From Promethearchaeota archaeon (GTDB taxonomy: Archaea; Asgardarchaeota; Lokiarchaeia; Sigyniarchaeales; SOKP01): a stretch of DNA of 34,040 bases. The stretch's first letter is position 1. Every line of letters begins with the position of its first letter. This document shows, piece by piece, positions 18,903-30,100 of the stretch. The DNA lies in NCBI GenBank assembly GCA_048938445.1, contig JBHLME010000042.1:1-34040 (forward strand), written 5' to 3'. A program made the position numbers and the translations under genes. The notes below the pieces were generated by a model. It was not told the origin of the DNA. It worked only from the letters and a program-made list of their open reading frames with translations, and did no database searches.

Positions 18903-19526
18903 TTAATTATATGGTTGTCTTATAACAGTTTTCATTTTTTCTGGTTTTGTTTTACGAGGATCACTAAGATAGATTTCATGATGCTTTAGTTTATGTCCAT
19001 CAAAGGTTCCGCCTTGTTCTTTTATATACTTATGAATTTTTGAGACGGTTGGCCCTTCCTCTGAATAAGGACCAATGTGCATTATTTGAGCAGATTTTCT
19101 TTCTTCATATTCCTCAAGACGTAATCTTTTAAGGTTTTCTTTGAGTTCAGGTTTTTTTTCCCCAGTGATTTTAATAGCTTCATTAATCATGTCCTTTGTA
19201 ATCCATTCTGGTTGCATGATCATCATGGTCCATTTCCATTTGTCTCGATTATTATCAGTAAAATCATCCATGTTATCTGCCCACCAGAGACCTTCTGAAG
19301 GTGGCACGACATAATCTTTTCCTTGGTCTTTACTAATGAATTTTGTTTTGAAAGCTACTGGAAATAAAACCTCTAAAGCATCTTGATATTCTTTTGAATC
19401 ACCAGGAGATCCCTGGCCATCAATCATTAAGAATTGCATCTTAGGGACATCAATCGTTACTACTTCTTTTGAACTAGGTTGATAAAACTCTTTCATGGAC
19501 TTTTTGAAATCAATTTTAGCAGACAT
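18903..19526 (-). CDS. GyrI-like small-molecule-binding protein
   Basis: FLMIDGQGSP, YVVPPSEGLWW, WKWTMMIMQP, HIGPYSEE, HHEIYLSDPR. Confidence 0.9.
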   Translation of the reverse strand: MSAKIDFKKSMKEFYQPSSKEVVTIDVPKMQFLMIDGQGSPGDSKEYQDALEVLFPVAFKTKFISKDQGKDYVVPPSEGLWWADNMDDFTDNNRDKWKWTMMIMQPEWITKDMINEAIKITGEKKPELKENLKRLRLEEYEERKSAQIMHIGPYSEEGPTVSKIHKYIKEQGGTFDGHKLKHHEIYLSDPRKTKPEKMKTVIRQPYN

Positions 19527-19543
19527 CTATAACACCCCTCTAC

Positions 19544-19672
19544 TTATCGTGGTTGAAAACTTTTAGTTGGACAGTTATCAACATTCGTTGTTGCAGGTAC
19601 TTCATGTCCAAAGCAATCTCCTTTTGCTTCATCAATTGGTTTGTAAAACTTACAATCTTTACATTGAGCCAT
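19544..19672 (-). CDS. 42-aa four-Cys protein resembling BssC/HiPIP-like [4Fe-4S] small subunits
   Basis: Not in the ORF track. MAQCKDCKFYKPIDEAKGDCFGHEVPATTNVDNCPTKSFQPR; ATG at 19672, TAA at 19546-19544, 17 nt upstream of the GyrI-like gene. Confidence 0.8.
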   Translation of the reverse strand: MAQCKDCKFYKPIDEAKGDCFGHEVPATTNVDNCPTKSFQPR

Positions 19673-19737
19673 TTTTTTCACTTTTTTTTATTTTTTAAAT
19701 ATAATTCATTTTTTATGTTTCTATGATATAATAATAA

Positions 19738-19801
19738 TTTGTGACAATTAATAGATATCCAAAATACAAAAAACTTTTATAATCTGTCACAAACTAGTCA
19801 C
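19738..19801. promoter_or_regulatory. Putative TrmB-family operator in a divergent promoter
   Basis: Perfect 9-bp inverted repeat TTTGTGACA (19738-19746) / TGTCACAAA (19785-19793), plus a further GTCAC 11 bp downstream. Confidence 0.5.
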
Positions 19802-19834
19802 TTAAAGCATGATTAAAAAATGTAATTTCTTACA

Positions 19835-20860
19835 ATGAATAATCAAATATTTTCCTTTCTAAATGAGATTGGATTTTCAGATATTCAAATTAATATCTAT
19901 AAGTTTCTTCTCATTCATAAATTTGGAACGATTAATGATATAAAAAATGAATTAAATTACAGTTATGCTCAAGTATACAATAATTTACTTTATTTAGAAC
20001 AGCAAGAATTGATTGAAACTAATCCTAAGACAAAACCTAAACTATATATTCGCAAGAATCCAAAACTCGTGTTAATTCAATTACTTAATAGAAAATATAG
20101 AGTATATGAAAATCTTGTTGAAAAGTTGGATAATGAAATTAATATTCAAGAAAGTAAGTTTGGAAGGTGTCTTAAAGATGTTACTTTTTATTATTATTCT
20201 GATATTGCTTTAGGAATAGAAAATTTAATCACCATGATTCAAAACAGCGAAAAGGAGATTATCATAACAGCATTACCATTACTACTAGTAAAAAAGTTAG
20301 AACTTGCCTTATATAATGCTTTTACTAGGGGGATTGAAATCAAATTATATTTTTCAGAATCCGATTTTGAGTTCCCAATAAATTATTTTAATGAAATAGT
20401 TAACATTCTTCATAGGGTAAGAATTCAAATTATAGAAACTAAAGAAAAAACGTGCCAAGTTGTTAGATTTAATGATGATATTGTTAATATGGGAAATATT
20501 TTTATAGATGAAATATATTTGAATTCAATTCTCTTTCAAGAAAACGAAACTCTTGCTTTTGATGGGCATTATAATCCAAATATTATTAAACAAGTAAAGA
20601 ATTACTTGGAACTGAAAACAGTATTGAAAAAAGTCGAAATTGAATATCCAGAATCAATCAAAAACGTGCTAAAAATAATAGAAGACCAAAAGTCAATTAA
20701 AACAAGGGATTTAAGTTCTAAATCGAAAATTGGTGGTGCTAAGCTTCGAGAAATTCTTGATTTTTTAATAAAAGAAGGAGCAATCCAAGAAGAACTCATT
20801 CAAGGTGAGAGAGCTGGCAGACCAAAACGAGTCTATTCTATGGCAGAGGAAAATCTTTAA
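19835..20860 (+). CDS. TrmB-family transcriptional regulator with an extra C-terminal wHTH
   Basis: N-terminal IGFSDIQINIYKFLL...QVYNNLLYLEQQELI HTH; middle IQNSEKEIIIT...RGIEIKLY effector-type domain; C-terminal TRDLSSKSKIG...GRPKRVY. Confidence 0.85.
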   Translation: MNNQIFSFLNEIGFSDIQINIYKFLLIHKFGTINDIKNELNYSYAQVYNNLLYLEQQELIETNPKTKPKLYIRKNPKLVLIQLLNRKYRVYENLVEKLDNEINIQESKFGRCLKDVTFYYYSDIALGIENLITMIQNSEKEIIITALPLLLVKKLELALYNAFTRGIEIKLYFSESDFEFPINYFNEIVNILHRVRIQIIETKEKTCQVVRFNDDIVNMGNIFIDEIYLNSILFQENETLAFDGHYNPNIIKQVKNYLELKTVLKKVEIEYPESIKNVLKIIEDQKSIKTRDLSSKSKIGGAKLREILDFLIKEGAIQEELIQGERAGRPKRVYSMAEENL

Positions 20861-20879
20861 AAGTCCTGATTTTTAATTA

Positions 20880-21995
20880 TTATAATATTTGAATGATTTT
20901 ATTTGTATCTTTAATGCTAATCTCTGAAAATTCAATTTTACCTTCCTTCTTCTGAACAAATGTACTAGCAATCAACCAAATTCTTACAATTTTTTCGGGT
21001 GGTACTCCTATCGCTCTTTTATAATCTTCATATAAGTTCCGTTCTTCATTAATCCATTTCCCTAATCCTACTTTTCCAGAGCGAACTACGATATGAGTTT
21101 CTCGTTTATTCCATGTGGGAAAAGGGCATCTGTAAAATGTTTCAACGGGCAATTCAGGACTCCAATGGTAAGTAATATCTTGTCCATTATCAAACTCAAC
21201 AGCCACGCTCAAATAATCGTGGAAAAAAAAGTTATTCTCCGCTTTATCTGATGGTAATTTTTCAATTTTCCACGACCAATGAAATTTTGTCATTGGTTTG
21301 AGATCGATATCAACTTCCTTTTGTAAAATTGCACCTTGTCCTCGAGCTGTGCAGCAAATTTTTTTTTCCTTAATGTTATCTGAACATTCCCAAAATACAT
21401 TACTTTCTCCAACCGACCACAAATAATTCCAATCCCGAGGTCTTTGTATAGGATTTTCAAGAGCCTTTAATTCTGCTTCCAATAAATTTTTATAATCTCC
21501 AATGCTTTTTATTTTTTTAAGACCTTTAAGAGGTTCTCCATACCATTTTATGACAAGAATCGAAATTCCTCCCTCAGGTTTGTATACTTTATACATTCGT
21601 TCATCCTTAGGATTGGTTTTTCCTTTTTTATCTGCCCAATCTTGTAAATAATTGCCTATATATAGTTTTCCTTGTTCATCTGAAGTAAAAGTAAAACTGT
21701 TTCTTGGTCCATTAAATATTTCTCCTTCACTACCAATTCGGAACCATAACTGAAGAAAAGGTTCTAAGAAAAAATTAAATTGTTTCATAAGATAAACCTT
21801 ACCATGAGAAATAATAGTCATTTTTTCTCCCTTTTTAATATCAATATCCGTTTTTTGCCATGGTAATACATTAGCTGGTAAGTAGATAAAATGGTAGTCT
21901 TTCATAATATAAGATTGAGCTTTTTCAAGAGTTTTTGAAAGATTCAAAATAAAATCATTATATTCTTGGTTTTTAACATTCATAATCCCGCTCAT
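20880..21995 (-). CDS. DUF3047 domain protein
   Basis: WSWKIEKLP, DYLSVAVEFD, ITYHWS, HIVVRSG, WINEERNLYEDYKRA. Confidence 0.75.
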   Translation of the reverse strand: MSGIMNVKNQEYNDFILNLSKTLEKAQSYIMKDYHFIYLPANVLPWQKTDIDIKKGEKMTIISHGKVYLMKQFNFFLEPFLQLWFRIGSEGEIFNGPRNSFTFTSDEQGKLYIGNYLQDWADKKGKTNPKDERMYKVYKPEGGISILVIKWYGEPLKGLKKIKSIGDYKNLLEAELKALENPIQRPRDWNYLWSVGESNVFWECSDNIKEKKICCTARGQGAILQKEVDIDLKPMTKFHWSWKIEKLPSDKAENNFFFHDYLSVAVEFDNGQDITYHWSPELPVETFYRCPFPTWNKRETHIVVRSGKVGLGKWINEERNLYEDYKRAIGVPPEKIVRIWLIASTFVQKKEGKIEFSEISIKDTNKIIQIL

Positions 21996-22074
21996 TAAAT
22001 TCCCTTCATGTGGATTTTACTAAAAAATTTATATATAATTTTTTGAAGGAATATATCATATAAAAATGTTATGA

Positions 22075-22084
22075 TGTCATGACA
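22075..22084. promoter_or_regulatory. Palindrome upstream of the second TrmB-like gene
   Basis: TGTCATGACA perfect palindrome in a divergent intergenic region; shares the TGTCA half-site with 19738-19793. Confidence 0.4.
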
Positions 22085-22124
22085 CTTTAACAATATTTAA
22101 ATATTTTTAATCTAAATAATAATT

Positions 22125-23090
22125 ATGGAATCTGAAACTCAAGATGATAAAATCATAAGTGCTTTAATGAAAACCGGATTAAATTATGAGGAATCTCTAG
22201 TTTATAAATCATTAATCAATTATGGATATAAGGGGACTACCGTTAGAAAATTAAATAATGCATTACCAATTGAAAGAACAACAATTTATTCTATCCTTAA
22301 AAGATTGGTTGAAAAAGGTTATGTTTTGGAATTAAAATCCTCCGAAACATCAAATAAAGTTAAATCATTCATAAGTTTAGAACCATCTAAATTTTTTGAA
22401 CAAATCTTATTAAAAAAAATAGAAGATCTTAAAAAATTTGAAGAACAACGACTTATCTTCACAGAAACAATGCAAGATTTATACTTAAAGAAGAGATTTA
22501 TTACTTTTGAAAATCTTGATAAATTTATTCGACCATATCTAGAACCCTTATTGAAAAAAAAATGGGAAGTTTATTCTCAAGTTGTAGAGAAAACCTTTGG
22601 AGTTAATATATATGAATATCAAATCAATTCTCCTAGTGCAACTAGAACTATTCCTTATTGCGTTTTCAATGTTTATGATTTCAGTGATAGTTTTATGAAA
22701 AATTTTTCACTTTCTGAAAAATTTGAGCTTGATTTAAGTTATTTATCTGATAAATTAATCCTAGAGGATCTTTTAAATGATGCAAACACAAATTTCATTT
22801 TTTATTTTTACCTTAAACGAATTAATAAGAGAATAAAGCGAGATGACCTGCTAAATAAATATAATATGCTTGATAACTTTCGAATAAGAGAAATAAAGGA
22901 AAAACTTTTAGGAAAACATTATCCTTCTTTAAAATTCGAAGCAATTCCCAAAAAGGGCACGAATTATTATGAACTTATGAATATAGTGCTCATTCCATTA
23001 AATAATAAGTTATTTAGTTTATGGGCAGAATCTATTGACCTTATGAAAGCAATGTATGAGTGTATATTGAAAATCGAAAAAATAAATTAA
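22125..23090 (+). CDS. TrmB-like HTH transcriptional regulator
   Basis: LMKTGLNYEESLVYKSL...IERTTIYSILKRLVEKGYV; C-terminal part unrecognised. Confidence 0.8.
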   Translation: MESETQDDKIISALMKTGLNYEESLVYKSLINYGYKGTTVRKLNNALPIERTTIYSILKRLVEKGYVLELKSSETSNKVKSFISLEPSKFFEQILLKKIEDLKKFEEQRLIFTETMQDLYLKKRFITFENLDKFIRPYLEPLLKKKWEVYSQVVEKTFGVNIYEYQINSPSATRTIPYCVFNVYDFSDSFMKNFSLSEKFELDLSYLSDKLILEDLLNDANTNFIFYFYLKRINKRIKRDDLLNKYNMLDNFRIREIKEKLLGKHYPSLKFEAIPKKGTNYYELMNIVLIPLNNKLFSLWAESIDLMKAMYECILKIEKIN

Positions 23091-23106
23091 AGAAGATAAA
23101 AAAAAA

Positions 23107-23649
23107 TTATGGAATTATATATAATCCAAAAAAGTCAAAGCAAATTAGCACGACAAATATAATCTCTATTATTGCCCAAATAGTACGTTTCAAGTTTCCT
23201 AAGGGTGATCCCGAACTAATAATGTTATATGTTAACATAACAATCAATGTAATGGCGATAAATACTATAGGTAATAATAAAGCAATTAACGTTCCGTTAA
23301 GATATTCCATTAAGTATGAATATCCTAGAAGTGAAAATCCACAGACTACTAAAGTAAAACCAAAACCGAAGGAATATTCTGCTAAAGTTATAAATTTATT
23401 GATTTTAATTTCAGGAGTTTTCCCAGATCTTGCTTCAAAATTCGCTCTCGAATTCGTAGATACGGAATTTACGAAAAATATGAAAGAAATCATCAAAAAA
23501 AATGTTGCTGTTCCAATACCTCTATATCCTCCCATTGAGTAATTAGGTGGTCGTTGCCAGATTAATGCAAGAATAGTCAAGACCGCACCAATCATGACTG
23601 TACTGAGAGTTATCCAATCTTTAACATTTAATTGTTCAGATTCTGCCAT
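23107..23649 (-). CDS. Hypothetical membrane protein (about 5 TM)
   Basis: Five hydrophobic segments. ATG at 23649 preferred over GTG at 23658. Confidence 0.8.
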   Translation of the reverse strand: MAESEQLNVKDWITLSTVMIGAVLTILALIWQRPPNYSMGGYRGIGTATFFLMISFIFFVNSVSTNSRANFEARSGKTPEIKINKFITLAEYSFGFGFTLVVCGFSLLGYSYLMEYLNGTLIALLLPIVFIAITLIVMLTYNIISSGSPLGNLKRTIWAIIEIIFVVLICFDFFGLYIIP

Positions 23650-23744
23650 TTTTAACACTTTAATGTTTTAATGAATTTCTTAATTACGGATTCTAATATA
23701 AAGGTTTTGCTATAATAAATCGTAAAAAAGATTAAGTCATAAAA

Positions 23745-23852
23745 TATGTTTTGTCGGTAGAATTGGAGGCAATTTTTTTACTCAATAATAATATTCGTTG
23801 AGTAATTATTCAATTTCGTGTTATTGGAACGAAATAAAGCTCCAAAAACATA
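23745..23852. ncRNA. Candidate structured RNA (three-way junction, possible loop-loop pairing)
   Basis: Nested stems TATGTTT/AAACATA, TTGGAG/CTCCAA, TTACTCAA/TTGAGTAA and ATTTCGT/ACGAAAT. Confidence 0.4.
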
Positions 23853-23944
23853 ATCGTTTATATTAAAATTTTAATGTTTTTTTTAGAGTTTAGAAATTTT
23901 ACACTCTGTTTGAATTTATTTTCATGAAAGGTTGAGGTATAATT

Positions 23945-24130
23945 ATGTCTAAAGCAATGCAAATTAAATCAAGATCCTATTATGATTGGAATCAACAATT
24001 TTTAAATTCAAATTCTCAAGAAATAATTCAAGGATTTAATGTTTATGAAGAAAATAAAATGAATTCGTTAGGAATTTCCAAGGATCATTTTAAAGATTTT
24101 CTGAAAGAATGGAAAGAAAAAAATCTTTAA
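23945..24130 (+). CDS. Small hypothetical protein (61 aa)
   Basis: GAGGT RBS before the ATG; fills the gap next to a convergent gene. Confidence 0.65.
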   Translation: MSKAMQIKSRSYYDWNQQFLNSNSQEIIQGFNVYEENKMNSLGISKDHFKDFLKEWKEKNL

Positions 24131-24178
24131 AACTTACATCAAGCTTATTTATTCCTCCATTTAATTATATTTTTCCTT

Positions 24179-27100
24179 TCAAATTGTTATTGAATTAAAA
24201 ATTTCAATGCCTAAGTAAACACCTAGAATAATTGCAATTATTAGGATAATTATAAAAAAAAGAGTTGTCCAAAATCTATATCTAACTGATAATTTACCTA
24301 ATTTTTCTAAACGATAAATATATATCAAAATAAGCGCTCCAAAAATTACGGCACTTACGAGTAGAACGAAGAATGAGAGTAAAAGATTAAATGTATCACT
24401 AATAATTTGTGGAACACCTAATATATAATATAGTAAGGTAATAGTAAGACTAAACCACATGATACTATAGAATCCGAATCTCCACCAGAATTGTTTTTTA
24501 GGATCTTGATCTTCCCTTGCTGGAGATATAAAATATAATAAAAAAGCAAGTAAAGCAGCACTAAGTGGTAATGAGTGATACCATAACCAATTAAGAAAGG
24601 TGAATAAAAATAAAAATAAGACCGCAAATGCTATGATTGCAAATATAGCATATATTATCTTAAAATATTTTTTAAGGAATAAAACAATTTTATGATAAGC
24701 ATTAATCAGTGCTTGTTTTATATTACTTATGAAGGTAATTAATGCTAATACGAATATTTGCCATTTCTGAATGATAATTATAATAAAATTTCTAAATAAA
24801 TTTATCAATTCTTCAAGCATGAAAATAAATGGGAACATTAAAAGGAAAAAAATAACAATTCCAATGGATAAAAAGATATTACTGAATCCAAATAATAGAG
24901 CAAGGCTTGATGATGAGGTTATCCCTAACCAATATATAAAAGCTGTAAGATGTCGAACTTTAAAGGGATTCAATACTATACCGAGAAAGATGAGAAATAC
25001 TAATGTAGATATGCTTAAAATCGTACCTATATTAAAGGTTGGATTGATAGGTTGAACAAATAATTGAAGTAATACAAAAATATCAATTGAAACAATAATC
25101 CCAATTATTAAAAAAGAACTAGAACGTATAATATTCCTAATTTTTATTTTTAAAACTTCTAGATATTTATCAATAATTAACAAGTTATAAAGGATTATAA
25201 ATGATAAAAGAAACAAGTTTAAGATGATAAATGGATTTAAAGTTGAAAAAAATAACGGCCAAGTGGTAAAATCAATATATAATGATAATAAAATACTTGA
25301 TCGAATCTTTTTCTTATTGTCCTGAACATATTTCACGAATCTAAGAAGTTTTACCAAGTATGCTATTTCAAGTGTAAAGGTGAACCATAATAAGGGAACT
25401 ATTGTGATAAAAACATCGATTAAAAATGTAAAGTAAAAAAAGGACAAATAAATCATTGAAAATATCATTAATAAAATCCAAGAACCGATTTCAAAGAAAT
25501 TTGACACTTTTCCAAGAAATTTAAAAAGATAATAATCTAGTTTCATTAAACCATGAATGATTATGCTCATGCATAATAAGATAAATGTCCAATTTACATT
25601 TCCTAGTATTAATGCATGAACTATAAAGGACAATAGTGTTATATAGAATAAATCACCAATGATATTTTGTGCTCTTATCCTTTGGTTCATTATTTTACTT
25701 GCTTTTTCCTCATCACTTTCATTTCCATCGATAAAACTATTACGGGTACAAAAGACTGAATAATTTGAATAAAATTGCATAATATTGAAAATTAGAAAAG
25801 CTAAACTAAGAAAGATTTGGTAAATAGGTATTAATAAGACTAGTAGCATGAAAGCTAATATAGAGATTATGATATAACATAAAGTTTGAATAAGATACAT
25901 GTATTTCCTGTTAAATTTCTTTAAAATTATCAATTCTATGCTAATTATCAAAAATAACACTACCTGTGAAATCATGAGACTTTCAAAAAATCCTAAGAAG
26001 AGATAAGATAATCCAAAAAAGAGGAGTGAAACTTCAAAATATATTATGAGATAAAGTATGCTAAATACTTTTTGTTTGAGCACCAGACTTTTTTGATCTG
26101 ACCGAATTGCATTGTATAAATAGAAAGGATAAAATGAAAGTATGGTTTCTATTAATATTATTAAAAATAAGGCAAATAGAGTAAGTAGATTATACAAGGA
26201 TAATGCAATTATAAGAAATATCGCAAAAAATATTTGAAAAATCGTGTAAAACAATAATAAAATAATATTCTTTTGTTTAATCTTTTCCATTCTATTCAAA
26301 ACTCGATACGTAAAATATATTATTAGATTTAAAAGAAACATTAAAAATGAAAAGATAGTTGGGAGTAAAAAGAATGAAGGAACGCCAATTAATAAATTAA
26401 AAAGATTTACTGTTAAATTTGTAAAAATTGAGGAGATATATCCACAACCTATGATAAAAATTAGATTAAATAAAATATTATTTATTAAAGCTCTTATTGA
26501 AAGGGATTTTTCACTTTTTAATCCACCATATAATTTTATTAGCGATGAAAATGCGTAAATTGTATAAAATTGCATTGATAGAAAAAAACCCAATATCAAC
26601 CAAGAAAAATCCTGTGAAATTTTAACAAGAATATAATTTAGATATAATGAAATAATTATGGAATCCGTTAAATAAGCGATAGCATTAATCGAATACATTT
26701 GTTTTCTATTGACTTTTCTTACTAACAAAATATCTAAAAATGTTAGAAAGATCAGGACTGTTAGCGATATAATAATACCTTCAAAAATACCGATGAATTG
26801 AAAACTTGGAATGAAAAATATAATGCTTACTTCAATATATAAGGAGAAATAAAAAAATGGATTTAATCTATCAAAATAATCAAATAAATAAAAATTTCCA
26901 ATGACCAATTTATCTTTTGAAATCTCTGCATATTTTATACTTAGAATGTGTAAGATTGAAAAACATGTTAAAAACTCAAGTATTTTATATTCAATGGTTA
27001 CGGGTGTCATGAATGAAATCAATAATGGTATCAAAACGGAATTAAGCAAGAAAGAACCAAAATTATGGAAATTAATTATATTTTTATTCTTAAAGAACTT

Positions 27101-30100
27101 CTTTAATCCTTGTTGTCTAGATTCTCCATAAAGAGAATTGAATATATTCACGAGAATTTGAAAAATTCCTATATATACAATGATAAAAATTAAAACCGAT
27201 ACTTGTTGGAATATTTCAATTAAAAGAAGAGCCTCTTGAATTATGAAAACAATTGGGAGGGGAAAGAAATACCATAATAAATATCTATATTTTTCAGACC
27301 AGAAATATGCGAAAGTAATGTTTATCGCACAAAATATTGCCCAATTAATAAAAATCAGAGAAGAAATCATTTGATAGCATAATGAGTAAACTGCCCAAGC
27401 AGTTCCAAATGCCATGATTACCCAAGGAATTGTTTTATTTATTTTCCGTATCAACATGTTGTAATGATTAAAAACAAATAATGAACCTCCAAAAACAGCT
27501 ATCGCTAAAAATATAGCAAAAAACAATAATTCTGGAATGATACTAAAAGTATTATAGGTTAATGATGAAAAATTAAAAATTAATAATAGGGAAATAGCGA
27601 GATGAATATATTTTTTTGGATCAGTTTTCTCAAATTTCAGATATTTTGATGAAAACAAACTAAAAGCTATAATTATACAGGATATATTAATTGAGATGGG
27701 CAAATTGTAAAATATAAAATAAAAAATAAACATGATTAATGAAAAGATTCCCATTAACAATGTAATATAAGAGAGTACCATGTATAACAACTTATTTTTT
27801 ATATTGGGAAAATATGAATATATCATGAAGAATATACTTCCAATAATTACTCCAACTGAAATGATTATTAAAGGGTGAGTTCCATTATAAAATAAAACGA
27901 CGATAAAGAAAGAAATATTGATTATAGCTAAAACCCACCACATTATAGAAACAATCAACCAACGTGTCAATTTGTATAAAACGGGCATTACTAATATTAC
28001 AGCGATGAGAACAAAAGATAACAGGGTCAAAACATTTCTTTGAATTTCATCTAAAAAGGGATTTAAAATAAATAGGTTTTGACAAATCCAAAAAACTAGA
28101 AATAGACTTTCAAACCATACAAATAAGAGACAATGGTAGAAATATTTCTTTATTTTTGTATATAAAATGGGTATGTATAATAATGTAATAATGGTCATCG
28201 TGAGGATGATTGATCCTGTAAGATTTGTATTGATTCCAAATACATTGATTGCATTTGTTATAACATCAATGCCAGCAAATCCTTGATAAATAAAAAATAC
28301 ATTTATGATAGGTAAGAAAATCCACATCCACCATCCTGTTTCCCAAATTACTTTCGAAAATTTCCATTTGTATACTCCAACAGATAAATAGAACAAAAAA
28401 ATTCCAAGATTTAAAGCAATCACAAGTGAAACTTGCCATCCCAATGGAATTGGAGAATATGTCGATAAAATGAGACCAATAAAGGTTGGCATTGAAATTA
28501 TAAGCGATAATAAAACAGGATAAAATGCTTTTTGCCTTATTTTATCTTTCAAATCCCTGTAAAGGTAAATAAATGCAATATCCGTCATGCTCAAGGTTAA
28601 TGTAAAAGTTAAAAGTGGATTGAATAATGAATACATTGGATTAATGAAGAATATTCTATAAGATAGATAACTAAATACATCAAAAATCAATAAAAGAATA
28701 CAAGGCCTTATCAACCACTTATATCTTTTATCTTTTCTTCTGTATAATGTAATTCCTGAAAATAATAAAAATATGAATAGAAAAATTGTTATATTATAAA
28801 TAATTAGAATATTTGTATAGATTTCTATAAAAACAGAAGCCCAAATCGAGCACGTGGTGTATAATAAAATCAAGTCTAAATCATTTCGCCTTTTTAAGTT
28901 GGTAATAACTGAAAATGAGATTATACCAATCAGAGAAGTTAGGAATATTATAAAATAAAATCCAATTGGAATGTAGGGTATTGTTGAAATTTGTAAGTAG
29001 ATTTCTAATAGAGTAAGAATATCAATACAAGTAATTAAAGAAAGAGACATATAGATTAGAACCCTATTAATAATAGTTCTACTTCTATTTAATATAAAAT
29101 GGATATAAACTATAAATAAAAGAAATGGAGATATTTCAGGAATAATATATAGCAGTCCAATAGTAAGAATAATATTTGAAAGAAAAAAACCATATAACTG
29201 TAAAATTGAATCGGTTTCGATAATATATTTAAAATTTAACATAAAGAAATTAAAAATCAAGAACAAATTACATGAAATGAGAATAGTTAAAACTAATGGA
29301 TAAATTAAGAAGTAATTAATATTACTAATAAAATAACCAAAAAGTCCGATATAGAAAATTGTTAAAAAAAATTCGAATATGATTAATTCTAGGATCTTAA
29401 TAATTCTTTCCTTATCCTTTGGTAGCAGTTCTAGTTTTCTCAAGTAATATCTGGTTATAGGGGTTAATAATGTAATTCCCACTATTGAGAAAGAAATTGT
29501 ATGAAAAAGAGATAAATTTAATGGAAATAGACCCAAAAGCAGAAAGATGTTTATTTTTATGAATACCCAAGAAATCAATTGAATCCAATTTTTGAGCTTT
29601 GGAACGTCTTTGGATAATACTAAACCACTAATCATGAGGATATAAAATGAAGTTAGGATTAATGAAATTAAAAAGTAAGAAGTTAGGCTTAAGATATATA
29701 AAATTAGATATGAATAATAAAAGACACATGTAATGCTAAAAGTAAATAAGACTAATACTTGAATTTTATTCGGTAATCTTGATTCGCTGCTTGTTTTCTT
29801 ATAAATATATTGAATGAGTGAAAGTATACCTAATAATATGACTAAAGTACTATTTATTGTATTCATAACTAAAAAATGGTCTAATAATAAGCCTAAAAAC
29901 ACTAATTCCATGGAAATCATTGTTGGAATGAGTAAAAAAAGTCCTAATATTACCCAACTATTTCCAATAATTATGTATTTTAAAACCTTTTGATTAAATA
30001 TTCCTCTTTTGTAAGAAAGGAAACTTGGTAAGTAGTAAAAAATAGAAGTTAAAAAAAGGGGTAATATAGTTTTAATGACTGTAGCTCCAAGAAAGAGATA

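Noticed and set aside
23060-23542. 160-aa plus-strand ORF
   Set aside because: Antisense to the membrane-protein gene. The same applies to the short ORFs inside the fadD paralogues, polB2, the rod proteins and the giant gene.
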